A stretch of DNA of 64,000 nt from an uncultured Acidobacteriaceae bacterium. GTDB lineage: Bacteria > Acidobacteriota > Terriglobia > Terriglobales > Acidobacteriaceae. The notes under the pieces are model-generated. The model had not been told where the DNA came from. It did no database searches and worked only from the letters and a program-made list of their open reading frames with translations. The first letter of the stretch is position 1. Every line of letters begins with the position of its first letter. The stretch is taken from positions 124,009-188,008 of the forward strand of contig CAVTQV010000005.1 in the NCBI GenBank assembly GCA_963736915.1. The letters are read 5' to 3'. The translations under genes were made by a program, and so were the position numbers. This document shows, piece after piece, positions 20,688 to 31,487 of the stretch.

Positions 20688-21720
20688 TCACGGAATGTGA
20701 TGCGGAGCAGGTCTCCGACCGGGTGGAGAAGTTTCTCGCACAGTAGATGGCTGCTCGCGAGCGGTGATGGCTTCGCGGATTTTTGCGTATGGCGCTGTGT
20801 CAGCAAACGCTACATCGGATCCATCGCGACGCACACCCAGCTTCTCCCATAGTTCACCGAGATTGACCTGCACGGGTGATGTGCTCCACGAACGATACTG
20901 CTCTGTAAGCACGTGCGTGCCGGTTGCTTTGTCGCCGATCTCGAGAGCGCGCGTCAGCGGCCACTCGTGATCGATCGTGCCACCGGCCGCGACAATCGCG
21001 CGCAATGCGTCCTGCAGGCCTTTGCGGTTTGCTGTTGCGACGCGAATCTGGACATCCGCGACCAGGCAGAAGAGCGCGCCGCCCCAGTAAGTACGGCCCC
21101 AGGTGTGAGTGCGGTCGATGCCCTCGTCGCCGGGTTGCGGCTCTCCTTTCGGCATGCCGTCGAGCATGTCGCGCCAGATCCGTCTCGCCGGCAACTCTCC
21201 GGCCTGCACACGCGCAATCGGCTCGATGTAGGTGGCGAGACCTTCTTCCATCCAGTGCTGGTCATCGGGCAGAGTGGGAAACGCTGAGTGGACGAGTTCA
21301 TGCGTGATGGTCCAATCCTCTGTGAGTTCTTGTGCGGAGATGTGCTGGCCGAGACCGATGCGCGTGAAGGACGGCCAGCCGCCGACATCGCCCCAGGTTG
21401 TGCCGTGCACGCCGTCGCCGGCCGGGCATGGGAACGATAAGGATGCGGATGCGCGGCACGGGAAACCGCCCGTAGTAGGTCGCGACGGCATGCGCCGCCA
21501 TCTCGATGCGCTTCACAATGATGTCATCGGAGAGATCAAGATCGCCCTTAGCGAAATCCACTTGAAGAATGGCGCCGCCGATCGCGACGCGGCGCGTGGT
21601 GCGCGGCGGTCCGTATCGGCGCGCCGGGTCCCATTGAGCTTGCGCGGGCAGAATCGCTCGCGATATCGCAAGCGACCCTAATATCCGGAGAGCGGCGCGT
21701 CGGCTAAGATGGGAGATCAT
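20688..21720 (-). CDS. Tat-exported gluzincin-type peptidase (frameshift ~21420)
   Basis: SRRAAL Tat motif in ORF 21298..21759 joins HELVH…WMEEG in ORF 20688..21491 by removing one base. Confidence 0.75.
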
Positions 21721-21765
21721 GCTGTCTGTGAGACACCCGCAAGGGCCATTCGGTAACAATCGGTG

Positions 21766-22662
21766 TTAGGGCGTTGTGATGCCGAGCGTGCGTAGCCAGA
21801 TCGCAGCCAAGTCGGGCCAGTGGGTGACAGGCAGCTTGGTAGGCCGCAAGCCGTAGCCGTGGCCGCCATTTGCGTAGAGGTGCATCTCCGCCGGCACCTT
21901 GGCCTGCTTCAGGGCTTCGTAATACACCCATGCGTTCTCCACCTTCACCGGATCGTCTTCAGCCTGGAGGAGAAAGCTCGGCGGGGTAAGCGCGATGGGC
22001 TTCACCTCCGGATGTAAGGTATGGGTGTCCTCCGCTTCCAGATAGCCGGGATAGATGAGCAGCGTGAAGTCCGGACGTGCGCTGAGTTTGTCCGCGTCGT
22101 CCACAGCGGGATAGATCGCATCCGCCGCGTGGGCGCCCAGCACCGCGACGAGGTGGCCGCCCGCAGAGAAGCCTAGCACTCCGACGCGGTTCGCATCGAG
22201 CTGCCATTCGGATGCGTGCTGGCGCACGATGCGGACGGCGCGCTGCGCATCGGCGAGGTCCTGCGTGTATTTCGGGAACGGCCCCGCGTCCGGCACGCGG
22301 TACTTCACGAGCGCGCAGTTCACACCGATGCTGTTGAGCCAGTCGCAGACCTCGGTGCCTTCGAGATCGTAGGCGATGATCTGGTAGGCGCCGCCGGGAA
22401 AAACCACAACCGTAGCGCCGGTGTTCTTTCCGGTTGCCGCGGGATAGAAGGCAAGTGTGGGTTTAGAGACAAAGCCGATGCGCGCAACGCGTTTGCCGGC
22501 GATGAGATTATCGGACGGCTTCGTGGTGTCATGCTCCTGCTCGCCGGCGGGAACGTTCGCGGCGCCCGGCGGCGTGCCCGGCCAGAGCGGCATCGTGGTC
22601 TGCGAAAAAGCTGGCGCTGCGATGACGAGCGCAAGGGCGAATGCAAGTCGTGATGTGCGCAC
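21766..22662 (-). CDS. Secreted alpha/beta hydrolase (acetyl xylan esterase-like)
   Basis: FPGGAY, GFSAGG, GGHGYG; GTG start with signal peptide. Confidence 0.9.
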   Translation of the reverse strand: MRTSRLAFALALVIAAPAFSQTTMPLWPGTPPGAANVPAGEQEHDTTKPSDNLIAGKRVARIGFVSKPTLAFYPAATGKNTGATVVVFPGGAYQIIAYDLEGTEVCDWLNSIGVNCALVKYRVPDAGPFPKYTQDLADAQRAVRIVRQHASEWQLDANRVGVLGFSAGGHLVAVLGAHAADAIYPAVDDADKLSARPDFTLLIYPGYLEAEDTHTLHPEVKPIALTPPSFLLQAEDDPVKVENAWVYYEALKQAKVPAEMHLYANGGHGYGLRPTKLPVTHWPDLAAIWLRTLGITTP

Positions 22663-22808
22663 GCGATGAGTGTACCGGGACTGGGTGCTGACCGCACGGG
22701 CACACGCGCCAGGGGCGGGACTCGCCGTCCGGGCGACGGCGCCGTTGGCGCGTTCTGTCGGGTTCGCTCCGTTGTCGCTCACACCAAGTGTTGCGGATGA
22801 CTCAACAA

Positions 22809-22840
22809 ACTATGGGTCCTTCGCTGCACTCAGGATGACT
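22809..22840. repeat. REP-like repeat (…CTCAGGATGAC family)
   Basis: ACTATGGGTCCTTCGCTGCACTCAGGATGACT. Confidence 0.72.
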
Positions 22841-22862
22841 GGTCAGCTGTCGCGATAGATCC

Positions 22863-25314
22863 TCAATACTCCAGATAGGCTGCGCGGCGTTGCATGAAGG
22901 CTTCGAGCGCCAGCCGCCAGTCGCCCGCGATGCGCTCGGGATCTTCGCCGGAGCGGAGCGCGTCCAGCACGGACTTGTTCACCAGCAGGTGATCGATGCG
23001 GTCGAGCTTATAGTCGTTCGGATAAAGCTTCCAGAGAGCGGATGCGATCTCGAGGCCGAGCTCCGGGCCGTCGAGCGTATTGCGATCCGTCACCATGATC
23101 GAGACGCCGTGGCAGAGCTGGCCTGCGTAGGGATATGGTTTGGCGGGCGTGAAGCTGACTGGAATAAATCGCAGCCCGGGCAGCAGATCCGCATTGAGCG
23201 TGCGAGCCAGCGTGCGCGCGTCAATCCAGGGCGCACCCAGCAGCTCGAATGGTGTGTCGGTGCCGCGGCCAACGGAGATGTTGCTGGTCTCGATGAGACC
23301 GAGGCCGGTGTAGAGCTCGGCGGCGCGCTGGCTGCGGAGGTTAGGCGAAGGATTGATCCAGGTGAGGCCGGTCGAGTCGAACCAATCGCCGCGCTGCCAG
23401 CCCTGCATCTTCACGACAGTAAGCGCAGCGTTGATGTGGCCTTCGCCGCTGTAATAACGCGCGAGCTCGCCAATTGTCATGCCGTGGCGTACGGGTATTG
23501 GCATGTAGTTGGTGTAACTGTTGTGCCCGATGTCGGACATCGGTCCCTGTACGAAGGAACCCGTCACTGGATTGGGCCGATCGAGCACGACAACATCGAT
23601 GTGGGCTTTGGCCGCGGCTTCGAGCATGTAGCCCATTGCCGCGTCGTAGGTCCAGTAGCGCACGCCCACATCCTGCAAATCGATGATCACTGCATCAAGG
23701 CGTCGCAGCGTGTCGGGCGATGGACGGCGCTTCTCCTCGGATCCGAAGAGACTGATCACCGGCAGTCCGGTGGCAGCGTCCGTCGTGTTGGAGATATTTT
23801 CCGTGTCCTGATTGCCTTGCAGGCCATGCTCCGGGCTGAAGAGCGTGGTGAGCGTGAGGCCGGGGTCGGCTGCGTGCGCGTCGTGTGCGAGCACATCGAT
23901 GGTGCGATGGCCATCACGATCGACCCCGACGGCGCTGGTGAGCAGACCCATGCGCAGATGGCCGCCACGCTTCTTCGCGAGCGCCTGCAAGGTGAGAAAC
24001 TTCTCCGCCTCGAGTACATCGATGCCGGTCGACACATCGCCGTTACGCGCTTGCCAGCGGCGCGCGCCGGTCAGAGATTCGTTGTAGCCGGTGAGTTGCG
24101 CGAGCTGTCCGCTTTCCTGCGTCTTGATCCCGATGGCCTGCGCGGCTGCATCGGCAATGCGCGAGCGCAACGCGACGGTGTGGCCATGGCCGTCCGGGTG
24201 CACGGCGTTCGTGAGGATGATGACATAGCTGTTGCTTTGCGGGTCGATCCAGAGCGACGTGCCGGTGAAGCCGGTGTGGCCGAAGGAACCGACGGGAAAG
24301 AGCGTGCCGCGGTTGCTGGAGAAGGGCGAGTCGATGTCCCAGCCGAAGCCGCGCAGGGACGTGCCGGTGGCGGGCTGCTCCGGCTCGGTCATTTTGGCGA
24401 GCGTGAGTTGGTTGAGCGGGAAGCTGCTGGGCCGGCCGGCGAGGCGATCGAGCAATGCCTGCGCATAAAGCGAAACATCGGCCGCGGTGCTGAAGAAGCC
24501 GGCGTGGCCGGCGACACCTTCCATGCGGCGGGCGGTGGGGTCATGCACGGTGCCGCGCAGCATGGTTCCCGAGGTAGACAGATTGCCTTCCGCATCGACA
24601 TACTGTGTCGGCGCGATGCGGTCGCGCTTCTCGGCTGGCGGCAAGTAGCCGGAGTCTTTCATGCCCAGCGGCGCGACGATGTTGCGCTGCGCATAGAGCT
24701 CCAACGGCAGGCCGGAGACGCGCTCCACCAACGCGCCGAGCGCGATGAAATTCTCGTCGCTGTAGCGGAAGATGACCCCGGCAGGCGCGACGGGCGCCGA
24801 CTCGAAGAGGCGGCGCAGGCCCTCCTGGCGGCCGTGCCATGGGCCGGTGAGGTCGAGGTCGGGCGCGAGGCCGGAGTAGTGGGTGAGGCACTGGCGGATG
24901 GTGATGTCCTGCTTGCCGTTGGCTCCGAACTCGGGAATGTAGTGCGCGACGGGATCGTCGATGCGAATCTTGCCCTGCTCGTAGAGCTGCATCACGGCAG
25001 TAGCGGTGACGAGATCTTTGGTGAGCGAGGCCATGTCGAAGATGGTGTCCTCGGTCATGGCTTCGCGCGTGGGCACGAGCGAGCGTTCACCATAGGCGTG
25101 ATGGAAGATGACATGGCCATCATGGCCGATGACAACGACCGCGCCGGGCAGCTCGTTGTGCGCTACCGCTTCGTTAACGATCGCGTCGATGGGCGCAAAG
25201 GCCGCAGGCCAAAACGCGGGCGGAAGTCTGCGCAGGAGCCTGGGCAGCATGCGCAACAAGCGCGGCAACAGCAATGGACAGCGCGAGAACAGCTTGGCGG
25301 CAATGATGGATCAT
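22863..25314 (-). CDS. Serine hydrolase (beta-lactamase/AmiE-like) fused to NamZ (DUF1343) exo-beta-N-acetylmuramidase; frameshift ~25205
   Basis: SLTK, YSD, GHTGFTG then FSPEHG, DLQDVG.RYWTY, LDRPNP; signal peptide MIHHCRQAVLALSIAVAALVAHA in adjacent frame from ATG 25314, overlapping the SSS stop. Confidence 0.88.
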
Positions 25315-26792
25315 GCGGCGATGGCCCTTTCTTGCTTCGGCAGCAGCAGGCTTGCGACATAGCCGATGGAGGTGGTGATAAGCGCTCCGATCAGCACGTA
25401 CCAGATGAACGCGACTTTGGGGAGGGCCCAGATGTGTCCCGCGGCAAACGGGCCGGGTTGCTGCCAGAGGATGAGATTCACGATGAGTCCGATGATCATC
25501 CCAATGATCGTGCCGGTCTGATTCGCGCGTCGCGTAAGCGTCCCGAGCAGGAAGGCGCCGAGCATCTCGCCCCAGGTAACGGAGGCGATGGAGAGGCCGA
25601 TCTCGACGACATGGCCGCCGGTGCGCGAGAGAACGGCGAGCACCAGCAGCACCACGGCCCATACCGCAGTGAGTATGCGCGAGAGGCGCGTGCGCGCGCG
25701 CTCGTCCATCTCTGGATGACGCGGCAGATAGAAGTCAACCATCGTGGTGGAGGAGAGCGAGTTGAGCGCAGCGCTCATGTTCGACATGGCAGCAGCGAGG
25801 ATGGCGGCGATGACGAGGCCCGAGATGCCGTGCGGCATGTCCTGAACGATGAAGAGCGGGAAGAGGCGATCTGCCGTGCCGACGTGCGCGAGCGTGCCGG
25901 CGGGGTAGAAGACGTAAAGCCCTGCGCCGATGAGCAGGAAGAGCGCGAACTGTATGAAGACGATGACGCCGCTGGCGAGCAGTGCGACCTGCGATTGCGC
26001 CAGGTTCTTTGCGGCGAGCAGGCGCTGCACGACAAGCTGCTCCGTGCCGTGGCTGGCCATTGTAAGGAAGCAGCCGCCGATCAGGCCGCCCCAGAAGGTA
26101 TAGGTCTGGGTGAGCGAGAGGGCGAAATGGAAGACGGTGAATTTATGCGCGGCAGCGGCGGTGTGATGGATGACATGCCAGCCGCCGGGGACCTTCGTGC
26201 CAAGCGTCCAGAGCGCGAGAATGGTGCCGGCGAAATAGAGGAGCATCTGGATGACATCAGTCCAGATGACAGCGGCGAATCCGCCCTCAAACGTGTAGAT
26301 GAGCGTGAGGATGGTCAGAATCACGATCGAGGGAACAGTGCCGGTACCGAAGGCTACGGCGATCACGATGGAGACGGCGAAGATGCGGACACCCTCGGCT
26401 GCTGCGCGCGTCCCGAGGAAGAGGCCGGCGGTGAAGCGATGCAGTGCCTTGCCGAAGCGCTCGCCGATGAGCTGGTAGGCCGTCATGAGCTGGCCTTCAA
26501 AGTAGCGCGGCAGGAAGAGCACGCAGATGACGATGCGACCTAATAAATAGCCGATGGCGATCTGGAGGAAGCCGAAGTCGCCGGTGTAGGCCAGGCCGGG
26601 GATGCTGATGATGGTAAGAGTGCTGGTCTCTGCGGAGACGATGGAGAGCGAGATGGCCCACCAGGGGACGTTGCGGTCCGCGAGGAAGTAGGAGCGAAGT
26701 GAGCGCTGCCCGTGGCGGAAGCGGAGACCGAACCAGGTGATGCCCAGCAGGTAAAGAACGATCGCAAGGACGTCGATGAGGTGGAGCCGCAC
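25311..26792 (-). CDS. Sodium:solute symporter
   Basis: YFLADR..PWWAIS.SIVSAETS, GG..AVIWTD, QL.VQRLL, AAAMS. Confidence 0.93.
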   Translation of the reverse strand: MRLHLIDVLAIVLYLLGITWFGLRFRHGQRSLRSYFLADRNVPWWAISLSIVSAETSTLTIISIPGLAYTGDFGFLQIAIGYLLGRIVICVLFLPRYFEGQLMTAYQLIGERFGKALHRFTAGLFLGTRAAAEGVRIFAVSIVIAVAFGTGTVPSIVILTILTLIYTFEGGFAAVIWTDVIQMLLYFAGTILALWTLGTKVPGGWHVIHHTAAAAHKFTVFHFALSLTQTYTFWGGLIGGCFLTMASHGTEQLVVQRLLAAKNLAQSQVALLASGVIVFIQFALFLLIGAGLYVFYPAGTLAHVGTADRLFPLFIVQDMPHGISGLVIAAILAAAMSNMSAALNSLSSTTMVDFYLPRHPEMDERARTRLSRILTAVWAVVLLVLAVLSRTGGHVVEIGLSIASVTWGEMLGAFLLGTLTRRANQTGTIIGMIIGLIVNLILWQQPGPFAAGHIWALPKVAFIWYVLIGALITTSIGYVASLLLPKQERAIAA

Positions 26793-26814
26793 TGGACGCT
26801 GGATATCCTCGCTG

Positions 26815-28269
26815 CTATTTCGAAACTGTCAGGGTCTTGAGCAGGTCGTAGTAGAAATCGACACCGCGATCGAAAGATGCGATGGGCAGGCGCTCATCCT
26901 TGCCGTGGGCGCGTACATCGTCGCTTTCGAGCGCGATGCCGGAGACGCCGTAGGTCGGCATGCCGGCGGCGTTGGTGTAGATGCCGTCGGATGCGCCGTC
27001 CGCCATGGTGGAGACGACGGGCACCCCCGGCCACATCTTGCCCACGATCTCGTCGAGCGCGTGTGTCACTTCGGGCTTGATGGGCGCGGGCGGTAGGGCT
27101 TTCTTATCGGGCGCCTTGTCGAAGATCTGGCCCTGGCCTTCTGCTCCATCGCCGACGTACTGCACCGTCATCTTCGGGCTGTCGAGCACGCGGATGAGGT
27201 CCTGGCGGACTTCTTCCTTGGAGTGGCCGGGGAGGATACGGCAGTTCACGATGGCCTGGGCGCGCTGGGGCAGCGCGTTGTTGGCGTGCCCGGCATCAAG
27301 CCGCGTGGCGACGCAGGTGGTGCGCAGGGTGGAGTTGTATTCCGGCGTCTCGTCGAGGCGCTGGATGGCGGCCGGATCAGGAGGCGTCTTCAGGATGGCG
27401 CGCATGTCGGCGGCGGTCTGGCCGGACATGATCTTTGATTCGGTCTGGAAGTAGTCGCGCGTGACGCCGTTCAGCTCGAAGGGAAAGCTGTAGTGGGCGA
27501 GGCGCTCCAGCCCGTCGGTGAGCTCGTAGATGGCGTTATCCGGCCGGGGCAGCGAGCTGTGGCCGCCGGGGTTGGTGACGGTGAGCTGGTAGTCGGCATA
27601 GAGCTTCTCGCTGGCGTCGACGGAGAAGATGGTGGCCTTGCCTTGGTGCAGCTCCACGCCGCCGCCGTCCGGGTTGAGCACGTATTCGGCGTCGATGAGG
27701 TCGCGGTGGTTCTCGATCAGCCAGTTCACCCCGTTGGACTTGCCGCCCTCTTCATCCGCGGTGAGCGCGAGGATGATGTCGCGATCCGGATGGAAGCCTT
27801 CGCGGTGCAGGCGGAGAAGGGTTTCGACCAGGATGGCGTCTGACTCTTTCATGTCCTGGGTGCCGCGGCCATAGTAGTAGCCGTCTTTGGTTACGAATTG
27901 GAAGGGGTCTGTAGTCCAGTCTTCGCGGCGGGCTTCGACAACATCGAGATGGCCGATGAGCAGGATGGGCTTTTTGCCGCTGGCGCCGCGGTAGCGCACG
28001 ACGAGGTTCTGCTTGCGGTCGTTGGGGCCGAGCAGCTGCATGTCCGCGGCGGGAAAGCCTGCGTCGAGAAAGCGCTGCTGCATGGCTTTGGCCGCGGCGG
28101 TGACGCTGCCCACCGAATCGGTGGTGTTGATCTCGATGAGCTGGCGGAAAATATCCACCGCTTCCTTGTGATTGGCGTCGCTGGTCTGAGTCCGGGCAAG
28201 CGGTGCGGACATCCAACAAGCAAGAAATACAAAGCAGGAGCAGATGAGGCAGGAAGCGCGTCGAGTCAT
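26815..28269 (-). CDS. M20/M25/M40 metallopeptidase, secreted
   Basis: GHLDVV, YGRGTQDMK, ADEEGG, GGHSS, HGKDER. Confidence 0.93.
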   Translation of the reverse strand: MTRRASCLICSCFVFLACWMSAPLARTQTSDANHKEAVDIFRQLIEINTTDSVGSVTAAAKAMQQRFLDAGFPAADMQLLGPNDRKQNLVVRYRGASGKKPILLIGHLDVVEARREDWTTDPFQFVTKDGYYYGRGTQDMKESDAILVETLLRLHREGFHPDRDIILALTADEEGGKSNGVNWLIENHRDLIDAEYVLNPDGGGVELHQGKATIFSVDASEKLYADYQLTVTNPGGHSSLPRPDNAIYELTDGLERLAHYSFPFELNGVTRDYFQTESKIMSGQTAADMRAILKTPPDPAAIQRLDETPEYNSTLRTTCVATRLDAGHANNALPQRAQAIVNCRILPGHSKEEVRQDLIRVLDSPKMTVQYVGDGAEGQGQIFDKAPDKKALPPAPIKPEVTHALDEIVGKMWPGVPVVSTMADGASDGIYTNAAGMPTYGVSGIALESDDVRAHGKDERLPIASFDRGVDFYYDLLKTLTVSK

Positions 28270-28511
28270 CAGGAGTCTGAGGGTACCAGATTCTGGGTAC
28301 CAGACCGGGTGCACGCGGCTTACTAGTAACGCGGGAAAATTGCACGGGCGGCATGTTCGCGGCGCGGGAATCGCTGGCCGCGAGCCGTTATGCATCGGAT
28401 AGACTACTCGGTCGGTTGGGGAAAAGAGCGGCTGCCGGGCAGGGACAGAAGCAACGCAAGTTCCCGGAAACGATTCTCACCCCAGTTACACAATCTGATT
28501 CAGAAAGTCGG

Positions 28512-28838
28512 ATGATGAACGATATGACTCGCTACTCGCTCCAACTGCGCCCCGTGGAACTCTGCAACCAGTCCGATCATGGCGTGCTGGAGATGGAAAT
28601 TGTCGCGCACCCGGACGGGCCGGGCGAGGCAATCCGCACGCGCTCGCGCCAGTGGCTGCCGATCTTCGAGCGCATCTGCACCTTTCTGAGCAGCTCGCCC
28701 TTTCAACGGAAGGCAATGCACCGGACGCTGAAGGCCGGCGTGCCGATGCGCGTGCTGAATCGCACGAACGGCGAGATACTGTTCTTCTCTGAGGAGGAGA
28801 TTGCGGCCTTAGCCCTGGATGAGCCGAGCGCGGCTTAG
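28512..28838 (+). CDS. Hypothetical protein
   Basis: ORF with host-like codon usage; start uncertain. Confidence 0.6.
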   Translation: MMNDMTRYSLQLRPVELCNQSDHGVLEMEIVAHPDGPGEAIRTRSRQWLPIFERICTFLSSSPFQRKAMHRTLKAGVPMRVLNRTNGEILFFSEEEIAALALDEPSAA

Positions 28839-28845
28839 GTCTGGC

Positions 28846-29094
28846 TACCCACCCCTCCCCCTCCCGCCGCGGGAGGTTGACTTGTAACTGACCTGGAATC
28901 ATCAGGATAGGGCCTGTCCCGAGGCTCAAATTCGTCTTTCTAAAGGGCTTATCGCTTCATTCGTCATTCCAAAGGGTTTAGCCCCTCGACGACGGGGCCG
29001 ACTCGATAGATAAATGACAAAAGCCACCTCAACGGTGGCTTTTGTCGTTTGACTCTATTTCCAGTGTAGCGAATCGAGGGAAATTAACTGGCAG
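28846..29094. repeat. Dispersed modular non-coding element, copy A
   Basis: Colinear with 40263-40493; core 28927-28980 is 49/54 identical to 40338-40391. Confidence 0.85.
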
Positions 29095-29167
29095 AATTTT
29101 GGCTGCTGTTCCCGATTCGGGAGTTACCGGATTTTGCACTGTTACTGCGCGTGCCACAATCTCCGGT

Positions 29168-29377
29168 ATGGGCTCTGCTCGAGAACGGATAAGACGTGTA
29201 TCGCGATGGACCTGGTGGATTCCGGGAGCCATTGTTTTCGTCGCGTATATTGCCTCCGCTTACATTTGGCCGACTGCACATGGCGATGAGCGACGGCTGC
29301 TTCGCCGGTTCTTTGCGCTCATTGCCCTTGGGATTTTATTTGGATCCGGCTGGCTGATCACCCGGTGGCGGGAGTAA
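29168..29377 (+). CDS. Small 2-TM orphan protein (69 aa)
   Basis: Two hydrophobic helices; TGC-CACAAT extended -10 seven nt before ATG; lower GC. Confidence 0.55.
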   Translation: MGSARERIRRVSRWTWWIPGAIVFVAYIASAYIWPTAHGDERRLLRRFFALIALGILFGSGWLITRWRE

Positions 29378-29413
29378 ATGCGAACTAGTGGTCTATGAGA
29401 TTCGGCGCGGGTA

Positions 29414-29492
29414 CGAATCCGGTGACCCTTCGGGTTGACTACATTGTTTGGGAACTACCCCACCCTAGCCTTCGGCTAGAGTAGGGCACCCG
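29414..29492. repeat. Downstream partner motif with REP-like hairpin, copy A
   Basis: TGACCCT.CGGGT.GACT..ATTGTTT..GAACTACCCCACCCT…TTCGGCTAGAGTAGGGCACCCG shared with 40546-40621. Confidence 0.85.
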
Positions 29493-29512
29493 ATTCTTTT
29501 CTCGACTCCGAC

Positions 29513-30806
29513 TTAATCGGTGGCGACGAGGTCGACGCTGGGGCCGGTGGGGCGGGAGCCGCGGAAGCCGTAATAGATGATGAACAGGTAACAGAGGAAC
29601 GGCAGGATGAAGCAGTGGTGGATGCCGATCTTGTCGGCAATTGCGCCTTGGGCGACGGGAATGATGGCGCCGCCGACGATGGCCTGAACGAGCAGGCCGG
29701 ATGCCTTGCCGGTGAGCGGTCCCATGTGCGCCGTGCCCAGGGTGAAGATGCTGGGGAACATGATGGAGTTGAAGAGGCCCACTAACAGAATGGTGATGAT
29801 GGCGGTGTGCCCATTGGTGAGCATGGAGGTGACGACCAGCAGCGAGGTCACGATGGCGCATATTCCAACGACTCGTCCTGTGGGAACGCGGCGCAGAACG
29901 CCAACCCCGATGAAGCGGCCTATCATGCGCGCCGCCCCAGTAGAGCGCTACCAATTTGCTGGCAGTGGCCGCAGGTACAGAGCCGAGATCGTGACTCCCC
30001 ATGTAGTTGACGGCAAAGCTGCCGATGGATACTTCGGCGCCGACATACAGGAAGATGGCGATGGCGCCGAGCCAGACGTGATGGTGCTCCCAGATGGAGC
30101 CGAGGGGATTTTCAGCGCTGCCGGTGGTGCGGAATTCCTGCGTGGTCTGGAGACGCGGCAACTTGACCAAGGCGATCGCGATAGCGAGCAGGACAAGCGC
30201 GATCCCGATGCCTGCGTAGGGCGCCTTGACCGAGGCCGCCTGCTGCTGGCGCGACATATTGGCAAGCCCGGCGGCTCCGGCAAGGATGAGCACGCTGCCG
30301 AAGTACGGCGCGATGGTGGTTCCCAGCGAATTGAATGCCTGGGTCAGATTCAGGCGGCTGGACGCGGTCTGCGAAGGCCCGAGGACGGTGACGTAGGGAT
30401 TGGCGGCAACCTGCAAGGCGGTGACGCCGGCGGCGAGGATGATTTGCGCGGCGAGAAAGAAGGGATACGATGGCACGCTGGCAGCGGGCAGGAAGAGGAA
30501 GACGCCCACAGCCATGACGCCGAGACCAACCACCATGGTGCGCTTGTAGCCGATGGCCTCAATCAGCTTGGCGGCGGGCTGCGCGAAGATAAAGTAACTG
30601 CCGAAGAACGCGAGATTGATCAGCTGGGACTTGGTGTAGTCCAGCTCGAAGATCTGCTTGAGATGCGGGATGAGCGTATCGTTCAGCGCGGTGAGAAAGC
30701 CCCACATGAAGAAGAGCGTTGTCACGATGGTCAGCGCCCGGCCGTAGTGCGCGCTGCCGCTCTCTGAAACAGAAACCGTTTGTCCTGAAGCGCTGCCTAG
30801 AGCCAT
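29513..30806 (-). CDS. FucP/GluP family MFS sugar transporter (frameshift ~29928)
   Basis: LFFMWGF, LQVAANPYV, RLNLTQAFNSLG, YVGAEV; C-terminus MIGRF…NSIMFP.IF in ORF 29513..29926. Confidence 0.9.
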
Positions 30807-30956
30807 CCGTTCCCGGGACCTCGTGAGGACACTAACATAAATGGGCGAGCCGTTGCGCGTAGCACAGAGTACCCGATTTTGCGGTTATGCAAGTGCTGGT
30901 GGCGGGCTCGCCGGCGAACTGCAGGCCGCATAACCGGCTCAGACGATGGCGGCAAT

Positions 30957-31487
30957 TCAGGTTGGGAAGAAGAGGTCTTCCACTTCCAGCCAGTTGTTGA
31001 CGCGCACCTTGGCCACGACGTTTGCGTTGTGCGCCGCGGTGAAGAGAACGCCCTGGCCGGCAAAGCGCTGGAAGTGGCGCGGCATGTCGTCGATGAGGTA
31101 GTCGGCATGCAGGATGCTCTTGTCTCCGCAGAAGACGAAGCGCGTGGGCGAGAGGAAAGGAAAGTGCCGCTCCAGCCAGCGGAATTTCGGGCCGAAGGAG
31201 TTGGGGAATTCCATGGCTGCGGTGGCGACAAAGATTTCATAGCGGCCGGAGAGACGCTCGAGGACGCGCTGGCTGTCTGGCATGACGTCGAGATCTTCGA
31301 AGAAGTCCTTCTCCTGCAGGTAGGCCATCAGCCGGTCCTGGCGCTCCGCCGGGAGCACGTTGACCATCCAATTGCCCCACATATCCTGTACGGTCAGGTT
31401 TTCAGAAAACTCCGCGTTGTACAGACGAATGAGTTTGCCGAGGGCGTCGGCGAGCACCTCGTCCATGTCGACAGCAATTCGCTTCAT
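30957..31487 (-). CDS. 5'(3')-deoxyribonucleotidase (NT5C, HAD)
   Basis: IAVDMDEVLAD, K..WL..HFPF, DYLIDD. Confidence 0.92.
   Translation of the reverse strand: MKRIAVDMDEVLADALGKLIRLYNAEFSENLTVQDMWGNWMVNVLPAERQDRLMAYLQEKDFFEDLDVMPDSQRVLERLSGRYEIFVATAAMEFPNSFGPKFRWLERHFPFLSPTRFVFCGDKSILHADYLIDDMPRHFQRFAGQGVLFTAAHNANVVAKVRVNNWLEVEDLFFPT

Noticed and set aside
22890-26543. 1217-aa + strand ORF
   Set aside because: Antisense shadow of the NamZ-fusion and SSS genes, typical of high-GC DNA; no motifs. The same applies to most other overlapping ORFs in the track.
28927-28980. Iterated ~29-bp units as a CRISPR array
   Set aside because: Only two adjacent degenerate units, no unique spacers and no cas genes.
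21400-29940. Programmed frameshifting in split genes
   Set aside because: No slippery sites or stimulators; many unrelated genes are affected, so sequencing error is more likely.
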